Counted from the first letter of the stretch, positions 51,561-60,742 are shown. The stretch: 64,000 bases of DNA from Alkalispirochaeta sp. (GCA_965242725.1 CBDESZ010000018.1:192001-256000); one strand, 5' to 3'. Numbers and translations: made by a program. The notes: generated from the letters alone by a model not told the origin.

Positions 51561-53131
51561 TGTTGCACTCTCCCGATCATATTGACCGCATCGTCATTCT
51601 CGATTTCGGCAGTCAGACATGCCACCTTATCGGACGGAGACTGAGGGAACGGGGCGTATTTGCGGAAATCGTCTCGGGTGAGTTGGATCCGCAGGAGTGG
51701 TTCACTTCAAGGGTGAAAGGAATCATTCTCTCCGGTTCTCCGGCGTCCGTTCACGACAGCGACGCTCCGTCGCCGCACGACGACGTCTATACCCTTGGCG
51801 TCCCCATCCTTGGTATCTGTTACGGATTACAGTACACGACCCATTCCCACGGAGGCGCGGTAAGCCGGTCTGATCACCGTGAATACGGTCCGGCTCCGGT
51901 CTCGGTACATACCCGGCATCCCCTTCTCGAGGGAATCGGTTCCCAGTTTCTCTCATGGATGAGTCACGGTGACGCAATTGCCCGTCTGCCCCAGGGGGGA
52001 GTGGAGGTCGCCGCGACGACACACGGCGTACCTGCAGTCGTCGCCATAGACGAAATTCACTTTGTCGGACTCCAGTTTCATCCTGAGGTGACCCACACTC
52101 AACACGGTGCGGTAATCCTTGACAATTTTGCCGTGAAGATATGCGGAGCTCGCCGTCAGTGGTCCGTGGAAGATTTCAGGCGGCAACTGGAGGAGGAGGT
52201 CCGCAGTCAGGTCGGCTCAGACGCGGTTCTGCTGCTCATTTCCGGCGGCGTTGATTCTTCTGTTGTGGCGGCGCTGCTTCTGAACGCGTTGCCTCCGGAA
52301 CAGGTCCACCTCATGTACATCGATACGGGGCTGATGCGGAAAGGAGAAACCGACGAGATCGGAAAGGCCCTTACCGCCCTCGGCGCGAAAAACCTCTCCC
52401 TCATTGATGCGGCGGATGAGTTTCTTGACGCCCTTGACGGCGTGAGCGACCCGGAAGAAAAGCGGCGCATCATCGGGGATCTGTTCGTTACCGTACAGAG
52501 CCGGGAGGTTGCACAACGGGTGAAGGGGCCGTACCTGCTTGCACAGGGAACCCTGTATACCGACCTTATCGAAAGCGGACACGGAGTGGGAAAACACGCC
52601 GTAAGCATCAAGAGCCATCACAACGTCTCCAGCCCCCTCGTCAAGGCGAAGAGGGATGCAGGCGAGATTCTTGAACCGCTGGCGACGCTGTACAAGGACG
52701 AGGTCCGCCACCTCGGTTCACTCCTCGGGCTGCCGAAGTCGGTCGTATTCCGGCACCCCTTTCCCGGACCGGGTCTGGCGGTACGGATCCTCGGCGCGGT
52801 CACAAAGAAACGGTGTGACGTCCTCCGGGAAGCAGACGCGATCTACATTCAGGCGTTGCGGGACGCAGGATTGTACGATGAGATCTGGCAGGCTTTTACC
52901 GTTCTTCTTCCCATACAGTCGGTGGGCGTCGCCGGAGACAGCCGCGCCTACGGCGATGTTGTGGCGCTGCGCGCGGTCGTGTCAAAGGACGGGATGACCG
53001 CCGATGTCTATGACTTCCAACCAGCATTTCTCCGCAACGTTGCCGCGGCGATTACCAATCGCATTCCGGAAGTGGGACGGGTTGTGTATGACATTTCCGG
53101 AAAACCGCCCGCTACGATAGAGTGGGAATGA
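51557..53131 (+). CDS. guaA: GMP synthase (glutamine-hydrolysing)
   Basis: LDFGSQ, GICYG, QFHPEV, SGGVDS, IKSHHNV, HPFPGPGL, KPPATIEWE. Confidence 0.97.
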   Translation: MMLHSPDHIDRIVILDFGSQTCHLIGRRLRERGVFAEIVSGELDPQEWFTSRVKGIILSGSPASVHDSDAPSPHDDVYTLGVPILGICYGLQYTTHSHGGAVSRSDHREYGPAPVSVHTRHPLLEGIGSQFLSWMSHGDAIARLPQGGVEVAATTHGVPAVVAIDEIHFVGLQFHPEVTHTQHGAVILDNFAVKICGARRQWSVEDFRRQLEEEVRSQVGSDAVLLLISGGVDSSVVAALLLNALPPEQVHLMYIDTGLMRKGETDEIGKALTALGAKNLSLIDAADEFLDALDGVSDPEEKRRIIGDLFVTVQSREVAQRVKGPYLLAQGTLYTDLIESGHGVGKHAVSIKSHHNVSSPLVKAKRDAGEILEPLATLYKDEVRHLGSLLGLPKSVVFRHPFPGPGLAVRILGAVTKKRCDVLREADAIYIQALRDAGLYDEIWQAFTVLLPIQSVGVAGDSRAYGDVVALRAVVSKDGMTADVYDFQPAFLRNVAAAITNRIPEVGRVVYDISGKPPATIEWE

Positions 53132-53144
53132 ATCCTTGTACACA

Positions 53145-53182
53145 AAAAAAGGGCCGCCCGGATGATCCGGCGGCCCTTTTTT
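53145..53182. terminator. Bidirectional Rho-independent terminator between guaA and ssrA
   Basis: AAAAAAGGGCCGCCCGGATGATCCGGCGGCCCTTTTTT, with A and T tracts on either side. Confidence 0.9.
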
Positions 53183-53191
53183 CGGGTTCCT

Positions 53192-53541
53192 TGGAGGTGA
53201 GGGGAGTCGAACCCCTGTCCTGAGGCGCCCGCAGCACATCTCTACAGGTTTAGTACGGACTTGTGTGTGTCGGCGACAACATTGGCGTCCGCACCGGCCG
53301 GATGCCGCCCAATCCCGATAAGAAGTCCCTTCGGCCCACCGGGCATGACCGTCGGCAAGTCCTGGTCTCTGTCAAGCAACGAGGCGCTCAGAACGGCGCA
53401 CCCCGCGCCCGCCGGACTGCGTTACGCAGCTACCGGAAGATAGTCTGCTTCTTCGGCAGATAAAAAAGTGCCAATCAGGAGATGGCGCTCCACCTGCAAC
53501 ATACCACGTACGACAACCCCAGTCGAATCCGGAACACCCCC
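53192..53541 (-). ncRNA. ssrA: tmRNA; tag (A)AEEADYLPVAA at 53457..53422
   Basis: 5' GGGGGTGTTCCGGATTCGAC pairs with 3' CACCTCC-A, giving the G3:U70 Ala determinant; T-arm GGTTCGACTCC; internal ORF ending AA-TAA; near smpB. Confidence 0.95.
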
Positions 53542-53555
53542 GTTTGTATATCATA

Positions 53556-53584
53556 AATATAGAAATGGCGAGGCGTTTGGTCAA
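53556..53584 (-). promoter_or_regulatory. sigma70 promoter of ssrA
   Basis: Minus strand TTGACC-17-TATATT just upstream of the mature 5' end. Confidence 0.65.
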
Positions 53585-54402
53585 TGACTTCGCATATCAG
53601 GTCCGTCGTTATCACCGGCCCCATCGGTGAGAATCGCAAGTACCTCAGCGTGGAGTTCAGGGGTCGATGCTGCAACTGCGGACGACCCGAGGTCGTCCCG
53701 CAACCCCGCAAAGTTGGAGAAAACACCGCCCGCTTCCCGAACCACTACCGACAGGGGGGCGATGTCCCAGGGACTCATGATCGGATCGACCATGACATCT
53801 ACCGCACCCCGGGCGAGCAGCATATACCCGTACGCATCGGCCCACGTCCGTACGGAGGCACTGGAACGTATAAGCGTCTCCGCTGCGCGGGGATGACGAT
53901 CGGAAAAGTCGTGGGGATCGGTGGTGACGTACCACGCATCGGCAATGGAGCGACATGCCGACACACCGAGAGAACGGCCATTGCGGTCAACACACCCGCC
54001 GCCTGCAACGGCAGCTGCCATTTCACCGGTAACGGGTGCAAATATGACTCCTGCCACCGGTACCCCCTTATGAACGAGGGCGACCAGCGTCGTATAGAGG
54101 GGAACCCCCCGGACAAAACTCTTTGTCCCGTCAATGGGATCGAGTATCCACTCCCATTCACCGGAACCGAGGCGGCCGCCGTGCTCTTCGCCCACAATGG
54201 CGTGGTCGGGAACGTGCTTCGCCAGAAATTCCCGCATGACCCGTTCCGTCTCCCGATCGGCCACGGTGACGGGCGTGTGGTCCGCTTTCTCCTCAATCGC
54301 GAGGGATTCTCCAAAATACTTCAGCGACTCACGTCCCCCGAGTTCCGCGAGATCCCGGGCGAGAGTCAGGTATTGCCGGTACGACACTGAATTTTCAGCC
54401 AT
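53581..54402 (-). CDS. hisN: Inositol-monophosphatase family protein, probably histidinol-phosphatase
   Basis: TPVTVADRETE, IVGEE, WILDPIDGTKSFVRG, WDIAP. Confidence 0.75.
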   Translation of the reverse strand: MAENSVSYRQYLTLARDLAELGGRESLKYFGESLAIEEKADHTPVTVADRETERVMREFLAKHVPDHAIVGEEHGGRLGSGEWEWILDPIDGTKSFVRGVPLYTTLVALVHKGVPVAGVIFAPVTGEMAAAVAGGGCVDRNGRSLGVSACRSIADAWYVTTDPHDFSDRHPRAAETLIRSSASVRTWADAYGYMLLARGAVDVMVDPIMSPWDIAPLSVVVREAGGVFSNFAGLRDDLGSSAVAASTPELHAEVLAILTDGAGDNDGPDMRSH

Positions 54403-54866
54403 TACCGGTCTCTCATTTCGCGGTCCATTTCCCGCTTCAGATCCTTCTGCTTCAGGGATTCCCGCTTATCGTAGAGCTTTTTTCCTTTGCAGATTCCCAG
54501 ATCGAGTTTTATCAACCCCTGTTTGAGGTAAAACTCGAGGGGGACGAGGGTAAATCCCTTCTCTTCCACCCGCCTGCGCATACGGTCTATTTCCGCGGCG
54601 TGACAGAGAAGCTTTCGCTCCCGCGTCGGTTCATGGTTGAAGAGATTGCCGTGGGTGTACTCGGTAATATGCAGTCCGATGAGCCACAACTCGCCGTTCT
54701 TAACGCGGCCGTATGCGTCGGCAAAAGAGAACTGTCCCGCCCGCATCGATTTCACTTCCGTACCCTGGAGTTCGATACCGACCTCGATATGTTCATCCAC
54801 GGAATACTCGTGGAAGGCGCGGCGGTTCCTGGCCAGCCTTTTATGTTCACTCATGTATACACTCAC
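54402..54866 (-). CDS. smpB: SsrA-binding protein
   Basis: NRRAFHEY, GIELQGTEVKS, RERKLL, GKKLYDKRE. Confidence 0.97.
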   Translation of the reverse strand: MSVYMSEHKRLARNRRAFHEYSVDEHIEVGIELQGTEVKSMRAGQFSFADAYGRVKNGELWLIGLHITEYTHGNLFNHEPTRERKLLCHAAEIDRMRRRVEEKGFTLVPLEFYLKQGLIKLDLGICKGKKLYDKRESLKQKDLKREMDREMRDR

Positions 54867-56521
54867 TCATTGTCGCGCAGATAGATGGCGGGTCTGAATC
54901 CGAGGTACGGGGTACACCACTCCGGCGGCTGTGCTCCCGTCGTTCCCGGTGGAACGGGATCGTTCACAAAGGATCCACCGACGACGGCGCGTTGCGCTCC
55001 ATATACCGACGGAAGAACACGCATGTTGGTGGTGTACCAGTCGGAGCTCCACTCCCATACATTTCCTGCCATGTGGCGCGCCCCAAGGGCCCCCGGTCGT
55101 CCCTCCGTCTCGGAGAGTGGTGCGAGAGCGTTGAAATTGCGGCTTCCCCCTCCAAGGTCATTGAGATAGGAGGCGTACTCCCAGGTGGCGGCGTCGGGCA
55201 GGGTGACCCGATACGTCCCGGTCCATCCCGGTATGGGATTTGCCGGCTCCTGTATACGGTCATTCAGCCACGTCGTATAGGCGGCAGCGGCGTACCAGGA
55301 AACGTATCGTACCGGAAGTGTCGCTTCTGCGCTTCCGGAAAGGGCCCATTCGCCGTCGTCAGGCCAGTGGGAGAGGTAGTCCCCGTCGACAAGTCCCCGT
55401 AACTGCAGCTCTTCCCGTCGGGACGGACGCCACGCGGGCTCATCCTGAAGGAACCGCGCAAACTGCCGCTCCGTAACCTCCGTCGCGGCAATGAAAAAGT
55501 CACGATCTATCACCATTGGAACGCCGGGACCATCCGCTTCCTGGAGGGGATAACCGAGTATGTAGTTGCCCGCCGGCACTCTGACGAAGGAGACTCCATC
55601 CACGGTGAATCCCCGTTGCTCGGGTATGTCCCGTTCATCAAGTTCCACCGACGCGGCGAGTATCGCCGTCGCCCGCTCATCGCGACGATTATTGTACCAG
55701 GATGACGACAGAATCCGTTCACCCACGGTGGATATCGCCGTAGATTGCCCCGCCGTTTCCCTGACGGTGAGACCATCGAGTATTTCCGCCGCCGCGGCAT
55801 ACAGATCGGGATAACGATTATCAAGTTGTATAAAATACTGCACAGCTTTTCCGAGCTGTCCTCCGTGGAGGGCGGCGCCGGGAATTGAGGAACGCAATAC
55901 CGCCGACAGCACTTCTCCGCCCTGCGGGGATGATGCTCCGGAAAGAAGTGACTGTATTGCGTTCTCACGCGTCGCCGGTGGGTACGTTCCGTCCGAGCTC
56001 CAAAGCACCCTTCCGACGGCGGCTGCCCACGGAGGATTCTGAAACTGCGGTCCCGGTGTACCCGAGAGCGTCCATTCATGATAATCCTCGAGCAGAGGCT
56101 CGATACCCGCCGTCGTCACCGCAGGGGGCAGCGGAATTTCAACGGTACGACGGAGGGGAAAAAAGAGCGACCCAAACCACCTGCCGTCCACGGCTATGGT
56201 CTCTCGATATTCGCCCATACCCGGATAGTGCGCGGTGACTTCGTGTTCACCCGCGTCAAAGAAGGCGGTCAACGGTGCCGACCCGATGCGGACGTCGTCT
56301 ACATATACCGAGGCGCCGGACGGCACACTTTCAAAAGTTACGCGGGCACCATAGGCGGTCAATCCCGGAACGACAAGCAACACCGAAAGAACGACAAAAA
56401 GAATCGCTCCATAGGCAACGGGAAGGTAACGCTCAGGCGGGACGCCCCGAATAACCGGCAGCTTTACAACGAGTTCTTCTATTTCTTCTTCATTCTGGAC
56501 GTCTTTCCAACGTGGGGACAT
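54863..56521 (-). CDS. Membrane-anchored PEGA + FGE-sulfatase (SUMF1-fold) domain protein
   Basis: TM helix, ESVPSGASVYVD..GSAPL (PEGA), ATEVT, PVRYVSW..A, MAGNVWEW, GGSF, GFR. Confidence 0.8.
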   Translation of the reverse strand: MSPRWKDVQNEEEIEELVVKLPVIRGVPPERYLPVAYGAILFVVLSVLLVVPGLTAYGARVTFESVPSGASVYVDDVRIGSAPLTAFFDAGEHEVTAHYPGMGEYRETIAVDGRWFGSLFFPLRRTVEIPLPPAVTTAGIEPLLEDYHEWTLSGTPGPQFQNPPWAAAVGRVLWSSDGTYPPATRENAIQSLLSGASSPQGGEVLSAVLRSSIPGAALHGGQLGKAVQYFIQLDNRYPDLYAAAAEILDGLTVRETAGQSTAISTVGERILSSSWYNNRRDERATAILAASVELDERDIPEQRGFTVDGVSFVRVPAGNYILGYPLQEADGPGVPMVIDRDFFIAATEVTERQFARFLQDEPAWRPSRREELQLRGLVDGDYLSHWPDDGEWALSGSAEATLPVRYVSWYAAAAYTTWLNDRIQEPANPIPGWTGTYRVTLPDAATWEYASYLNDLGGGSRNFNALAPLSETEGRPGALGARHMAGNVWEWSSDWYTTNMRVLPSVYGAQRAVVGGSFVNDPVPPGTTGAQPPEWCTPYLGFRPAIYLRDNE

Positions 56522-56531
56522 ATCGTTGGAG

Positions 56532-56561
56532 AGTATATGGACCTCGTCACGGCGTTGTCAA
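56532..56561 (-). promoter_or_regulatory. sigma70 promoter of the FGE-smpB-hisN operon (very short leader)
   Basis: Minus strand TTGACA-18-TATACT, 10 nt to ATG 56521; no SD. Confidence 0.65.
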
Positions 56562-56597
56562 CGAAGGCAATGGCACGGCGCGCGGGCATTTCACCTG

Positions 56598-56626
56598 TTG
56601 CCCGACGGGAGAAAGGGTGATAGCCT
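56598..56626 (+). promoter_or_regulatory. sigma70-like extended -10 promoter of lepB, probably leaderless
   Basis: TTGCCC-17-(TGa)TAGCCT, 7 nt to ATG 56634. Confidence 0.55.
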
Positions 56627-56633
56627 TCCGGTG

Positions 56634-57611
56634 ATGAAGACACCCGGTCCGTGGATCGTCAGACATACCGAACTGTTCCTCACCCGAAGACTACGACGAA
56701 AGGCGCGACACAGGCTGAAACAGAGCCGTAAGAACGTCATTCTCGACTGGGTGGAGGCCTTTCTCCAGGCGGCGATTCTCGTATTGCTTATCAATCAATA
56801 CCTGCTGCAGGCGTATCAGATACCCTCGGGGTCGATGATAGAAACGCTCCTTCTGGGAGATCGGATATTCGTAAACAAAGTGGTCTACGGACCTGAGGTG
56901 CTGCCCGGACTGGGCAAGCTCCCCGGTTTTCGTACCCCCGACCGGGCGGAGGTCGTGATCTTTGAAAACCCCTCCTATATCAGCCGGGGAACGGCCTTCA
57001 CCGTTCTGCAGCGCGTCCTGTACATGATCACCCTCTCCCTCGTCGATATAGACAGGGATGAATCGGGACAACCCCGGGCCCAGCTCCTTATCAAACGCGC
57101 CGTCGGCATGGGCGGCGACCTTCTGCGGACGCGCATGGGCAATCTCCAGATACGTCCGGCGGGAGAGTCGGAGTGGATGGATGAGTCCCGATTTCAGGCG
57201 CTCAGTGGAATCACCTACAACCCGCGACGTACCGTCGATCCGACGGATTATCAAATCATCCGCGAAGCGGGCAGAACGCTCGCGCGGGCTGATCTCGGAT
57301 TCCCCATCGACAATGGTGAGACCGCGACGGTGGATGAACTCCGGGAGCTCGGCTTCGGTGATCCTTTCGCCCTCGAAAATGCCAGACAGGGGCATCTCTA
57401 CGCGGCGATGCCGCAGAACCGGCGTATACGCCAGCGGGTGCAGTTCGTCCGTCTCGGCTGGTACGTACCGGAAGGACGGATCATGCCTATCGGTGATAAC
57501 CGGGACAATTCCCGGGACGGCAGGTACTTCGGTCCGGTCCATATCGATGACGTTCTCGGACGGGCAATGTTCATTTACTGGCCCCTCGGCCGGATAGGCT
57601 CCATCGAATAG
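56634..57611 (+). CDS. lepB: Signal peptidase I
   Basis: YQIPSGSMIETLLLGDRIFVNK, LLIKRAVG, GDNRDNSRDGRYFG. Confidence 0.93.
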   Translation: MKTPGPWIVRHTELFLTRRLRRKARHRLKQSRKNVILDWVEAFLQAAILVLLINQYLLQAYQIPSGSMIETLLLGDRIFVNKVVYGPEVLPGLGKLPGFRTPDRAEVVIFENPSYISRGTAFTVLQRVLYMITLSLVDIDRDESGQPRAQLLIKRAVGMGGDLLRTRMGNLQIRPAGESEWMDESRFQALSGITYNPRRTVDPTDYQIIREAGRTLARADLGFPIDNGETATVDELRELGFGDPFALENARQGHLYAAMPQNRRIRQRVQFVRLGWYVPEGRIMPIGDNRDNSRDGRYFGPVHIDDVLGRAMFIYWPLGRIGSIE

Positions 57612-57626
57612 CGGACCGCAAATACT

Positions 57627-58271
57627 ATGACCGACCGGTATCGAAGAAGCCAGAACCGCCGCCGCATCGCCCGTCGGATCTGGTTTTTCGTTGCCGCGCT
57701 GTTGCTCTGGCGCGTTTTCGGCCCCGCCGTCTTTTTCATCGGAACGTCTTCACTTTCCCCCGTTCTCGACGAGGGGGATGTGGTGTTCGCCCGTCCGTCC
57801 CGGGACACGCCGCACCGGGGAGCCATTGTACTTGTGCCGCCGCCTCTCGGCGGACCTTCGCTTTTCGACAGGGTGAAAGGCCTCATTCACCGTATGACGG
57901 CAGATCCGCCTGTGGAGAAAACGATGCCCAACCGCGTGGCACGCCTGGTAATTGCAACTGAAGGAGACCAGGTGTCGTGGAATGACAGAGTCGTTGCGGT
58001 TTCCAGCGGCGGCGGTGACGAGTCCGTTCTTCGCTACCGCTTTCAGCCGATTGATCGGGATGTGAAGCTTCCGTTGCGTCAGACGATCGTCCCCGACGGC
58101 CACATATTTCTCGTCACCCTCGGGGCGGGCCATATTGATTCCCGGTATACCGGCCCCGTCCCGTACCCCCGGAAGTTATTTGTCGCCCAGCGCATTCTCC
58201 TTCCCATTGACCGCGGGCGTACCTTCGGCGATGAGCCGGTGGACCTTCAGGAGTACACCTACGAGTTATAG
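57627..58271 (+). CDS. Degenerate S26 signal-peptidase-like protein
   Basis: TM anchor, TSSLSPVLDEGD, RGAIV, RLVIATEGD, VPDGHIF, IDSRYTGPV. Confidence 0.7.
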   Translation: MTDRYRRSQNRRRIARRIWFFVAALLLWRVFGPAVFFIGTSSLSPVLDEGDVVFARPSRDTPHRGAIVLVPPPLGGPSLFDRVKGLIHRMTADPPVEKTMPNRVARLVIATEGDQVSWNDRVVAVSSGGGDESVLRYRFQPIDRDVKLPLRQTIVPDGHIFLVTLGAGHIDSRYTGPVPYPRKLFVAQRILLPIDRGRTFGDEPVDLQEYTYEL

Positions 58272-59472
58272 GGGACGGCATCTCTATATTCACATTCCCG
58301 TCTGCCGGTATCGATGCGACTACTGCGATTTCTTTTCCCGAATCTCCGTCGCCCCTGAACGGCAGACCGCCGTGGTGGAGCGCACCGTACAGCAGTCCGC
58401 CGCATGGGTTGGCGAAGGCGGCGCGCTGGAGACGATATACATCGGCGGCGGCACCCCCTCGGCGCTCCATTCCGCCGCCCGCGGTCGGCTTATGGCGTTC
58501 ATCGGACGGATCGTATCGGAGTATAAAGGTGCCTCACCGCAGGAAGTTACGATCGAGGTGAATCCCGAAGACGTCACCGGTGAGTTTCTTTCGGAGCTGA
58601 AGGCGTGCGGCGTTGAGCGTATTTCTCTCGGCGTTCAGACCTTTCATGAAGGCGCCCGCCGCGCCATCGGACGCCACACCGGGACGGTACAGACTCGCCG
58701 GGGGCTGGAACTCGTCGCCGCCCGTTGGGACGGCAGATGGTCCGCCGACCTGATTACCGGAATTCCCGGTATGCCCATGGCCGTTCTCGAATCGGATATC
58801 ACGGAACTGCTCGATTACGCTCCCGGCCACGTCTCTCTCTATGAACTTGGAATTGAGGAATCCACCATTCTGGGGCTGAAGGAGCGCCGGGGAATCATAC
58901 GGAAACCGCCCGACGAAACGGTAATGGCCCAGCTTGAACGTGGAGCGGAGGTACTGGAGAGCGCCGGGCTTCATCGTTATGAAATATCCAGTTTCTCCCG
59001 CCCCGGAGAGGAGAGCCGTCACAATCTGGCCTACTGGCGGATGGCGCCACACATCGGAATAGGTCCCGGCGCGGTAGGTACCGTTCTCCCTGAACATGAC
59101 GGCTATCCTCTTCGTATTACAAACACGCGATCATTTTCCGCGTTTCTCTCCCGGGAAGACTTCGGAGCGGAAACGGAACTCATCTATCCCGACGTACAGA
59201 CAAAAGAGCTGCTCATGATGGGGCTCAGGACGAATCGCGGTGCCGATCTTGATACGTTTGAGACGCTCGTGGACGGCTCTTTTACGGAAGTGTGCGCATC
59301 CGCACTTCGCAAATGGGACACCGCAATCGCAATCAGCGGTGACCGCCGCATTACTGTAGCAGCCGACCGATGGCATCTCCTCGATTCGATACTTGTCGAT
59401 CTCTTTACGGATATTGATGTAACGGTAAATCGTGGTAAAATTGCATCAGTTGACAGCTCCCGAAGCAAGTGA
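58231..59472 (+). CDS. hemW: Radical SAM heme chaperone HemW (HemN-like)
   Basis: LYIHIPVCRYRCDYCDF, TIYIGGGTPS, IEVNP, RISLGVQTF, YEISSF, SRHNLAYW. Confidence 0.85.
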   Translation: MSRWTFRSTPTSYRGRHLYIHIPVCRYRCDYCDFFSRISVAPERQTAVVERTVQQSAAWVGEGGALETIYIGGGTPSALHSAARGRLMAFIGRIVSEYKGASPQEVTIEVNPEDVTGEFLSELKACGVERISLGVQTFHEGARRAIGRHTGTVQTRRGLELVAARWDGRWSADLITGIPGMPMAVLESDITELLDYAPGHVSLYELGIEESTILGLKERRGIIRKPPDETVMAQLERGAEVLESAGLHRYEISSFSRPGEESRHNLAYWRMAPHIGIGPGAVGTVLPEHDGYPLRITNTRSFSAFLSREDFGAETELIYPDVQTKELLMMGLRTNRGADLDTFETLVDGSFTEVCASALRKWDTAIAISGDRRITVAADRWHLLDSILVDLFTDIDVTVNRGKIASVDSSRSK

Positions 59473-59478
59473 TAGTTT
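59450..59478 (+). promoter_or_regulatory. sigma70 promoter of yebC-ruvCAB-queA
   Basis: TTGACA-17-(TGa)TAGTTT; SD GGAGG before ATG 59511. Confidence 0.7.
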
Positions 59479-59510
59479 CGGCGGACTCAACCACAGACGG
59501 AGGAAGACTT

Positions 59511-60254
59511 ATGTCCGGCCACAGTAAATGGGCGACAATTCGACATAAAAAAGGCGCACAGGACGCCAAGCGGGGAAAGCTTTTTTCAAAGCTCATTAAA
59601 GAGATAACGGTAGCCGCAAAAATGGGCGGCGGCGAAGAAGAAAGCAACCCCCGACTGCGGACGGCGGTCCTGAAGGCGAAGGGCGCCAATATGCCCAAGG
59701 ACAACATCGACCGGGCGATAAAAAAAGGAACCGGCGAACTTGGTGGTGAAGACTATTTTGAATTGAGCTATGAGGGGTATGGTCCAAACGGCGTGGCGAT
59801 TCTTGTAAACGCCCTTACGGACAACAAGAACCGAACCGCCGCGGATGTACGCAGTATTTTCAATAAAAACGGCGGCAATCTCGGTGAAAACGGGTGCGTA
59901 TCATATCTCTTCTCCCGTCGCGGCATCATCGCCTACGACGGCGAAAAATACGAGGAAGACGAGATTCTTGAAGCCGCACTCGAAGCCGGCGCGGAGGACG
60001 TTGAAAGCACCGGAGAAACGATCGAAGTGCGCACCGCGCCAGATGATTTCGAGTCGGTATTGGGTACGCTCACCGCGGCCGGATTCGAGCACACCGTCGC
60101 GGAAATTTCGCTCGTACCGGAATCAACGATTCAGCTCGATGACGAAGGTACACGGAAGGCGTTGCGCCTCATCGATCTCCTTGACGACCACGACGACGTG
60201 CAGGAGGTCGCAACAAACCTGGATATTCCCGACGATTTCGATCCGGAAGGGTAA
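59511..60254 (+). CDS. yebC: YebC/PmpR family protein
   Basis: MSGHSKWATIRHKKG, NPRLR, YEGYGP, TDNKNRT, DDVQEV. Confidence 0.97.
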   Translation: MSGHSKWATIRHKKGAQDAKRGKLFSKLIKEITVAAKMGGGEEESNPRLRTAVLKAKGANMPKDNIDRAIKKGTGELGGEDYFELSYEGYGPNGVAILVNALTDNKNRTAADVRSIFNKNGGNLGENGCVSYLFSRRGIIAYDGEKYEEDEILEAALEAGAEDVESTGETIEVRTAPDDFESVLGTLTAAGFEHTVAEISLVPESTIQLDDEGTRKALRLIDLLDDHDDVQEVATNLDIPDDFDPEG

Positions 60255-60742
60255 TGCCGAAGGTTATCGGTATTGATCCGGGCCTTGCCGCCACCGGATG
60301 GGGTGTCATTTCGGGAGACCGGGGTCGGCTTTCGTGCATCGACTACGGTGTCATCAGAACGTCACCTTCCGATCCACCGGGAAAACGGCTGGAAAAGATA
60401 TACACCTCCATTACAGAGAAAATATCCCTCTATCACCCCGCAGCAGCGGGGATAGAGAGTATCTACTTCACCCGCAACACCACGAGCGCCATCCCCGTCG
60501 CCCAGGCCCGGGGGGTTGTACTGCTTGCTCTCAGTCAGCTTTCCATACCCGCATCGGAATTCACGCCCCAGGTCATAAAACAATCGGTCGTCGGGGCGGG
60601 ACAGGCCGACAAGGAACAGGTTATGCAAATGGTCCGGATCGTGCTGGGTATGCCCGACGTCCCCCGTCCCGATCACGCCGCCGACGCCCTTGCAGCAGCA
60701 GTTGCGATGCTCCATAGTGGTGGCAGCATCGGAATGACGTAG
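60254..60742 (+). CDS. ruvC: Holliday junction resolvase
   Basis: IGIDPG, GIE, QARGV, KEQV, DHAADALA. Confidence 0.95.
   Translation: MPKVIGIDPGLAATGWGVISGDRGRLSCIDYGVIRTSPSDPPGKRLEKIYTSITEKISLYHPAAAGIESIYFTRNTTSAIPVAQARGVVLLALSQLSIPASEFTPQVIKQSVVGAGQADKEQVMQMVRIVLGMPDVPRPDHAADALAAAVAMLHSGGSIGMT

Noticed and set aside
53192..53225. tRNA gene or prophage att site
   Set aside because: It is the tRNA-like 3' arm of tmRNA; no duplicated end or integrase nearby.
53261..53584. Short ORFs overlapping ssrA
   Set aside because: They lie within the structured RNA; only the tag frame is meaningful.
54863..55100. DGR variable repeat at the FGE-domain 3' end
   Set aside because: No template repeat or reverse transcriptase in this window.
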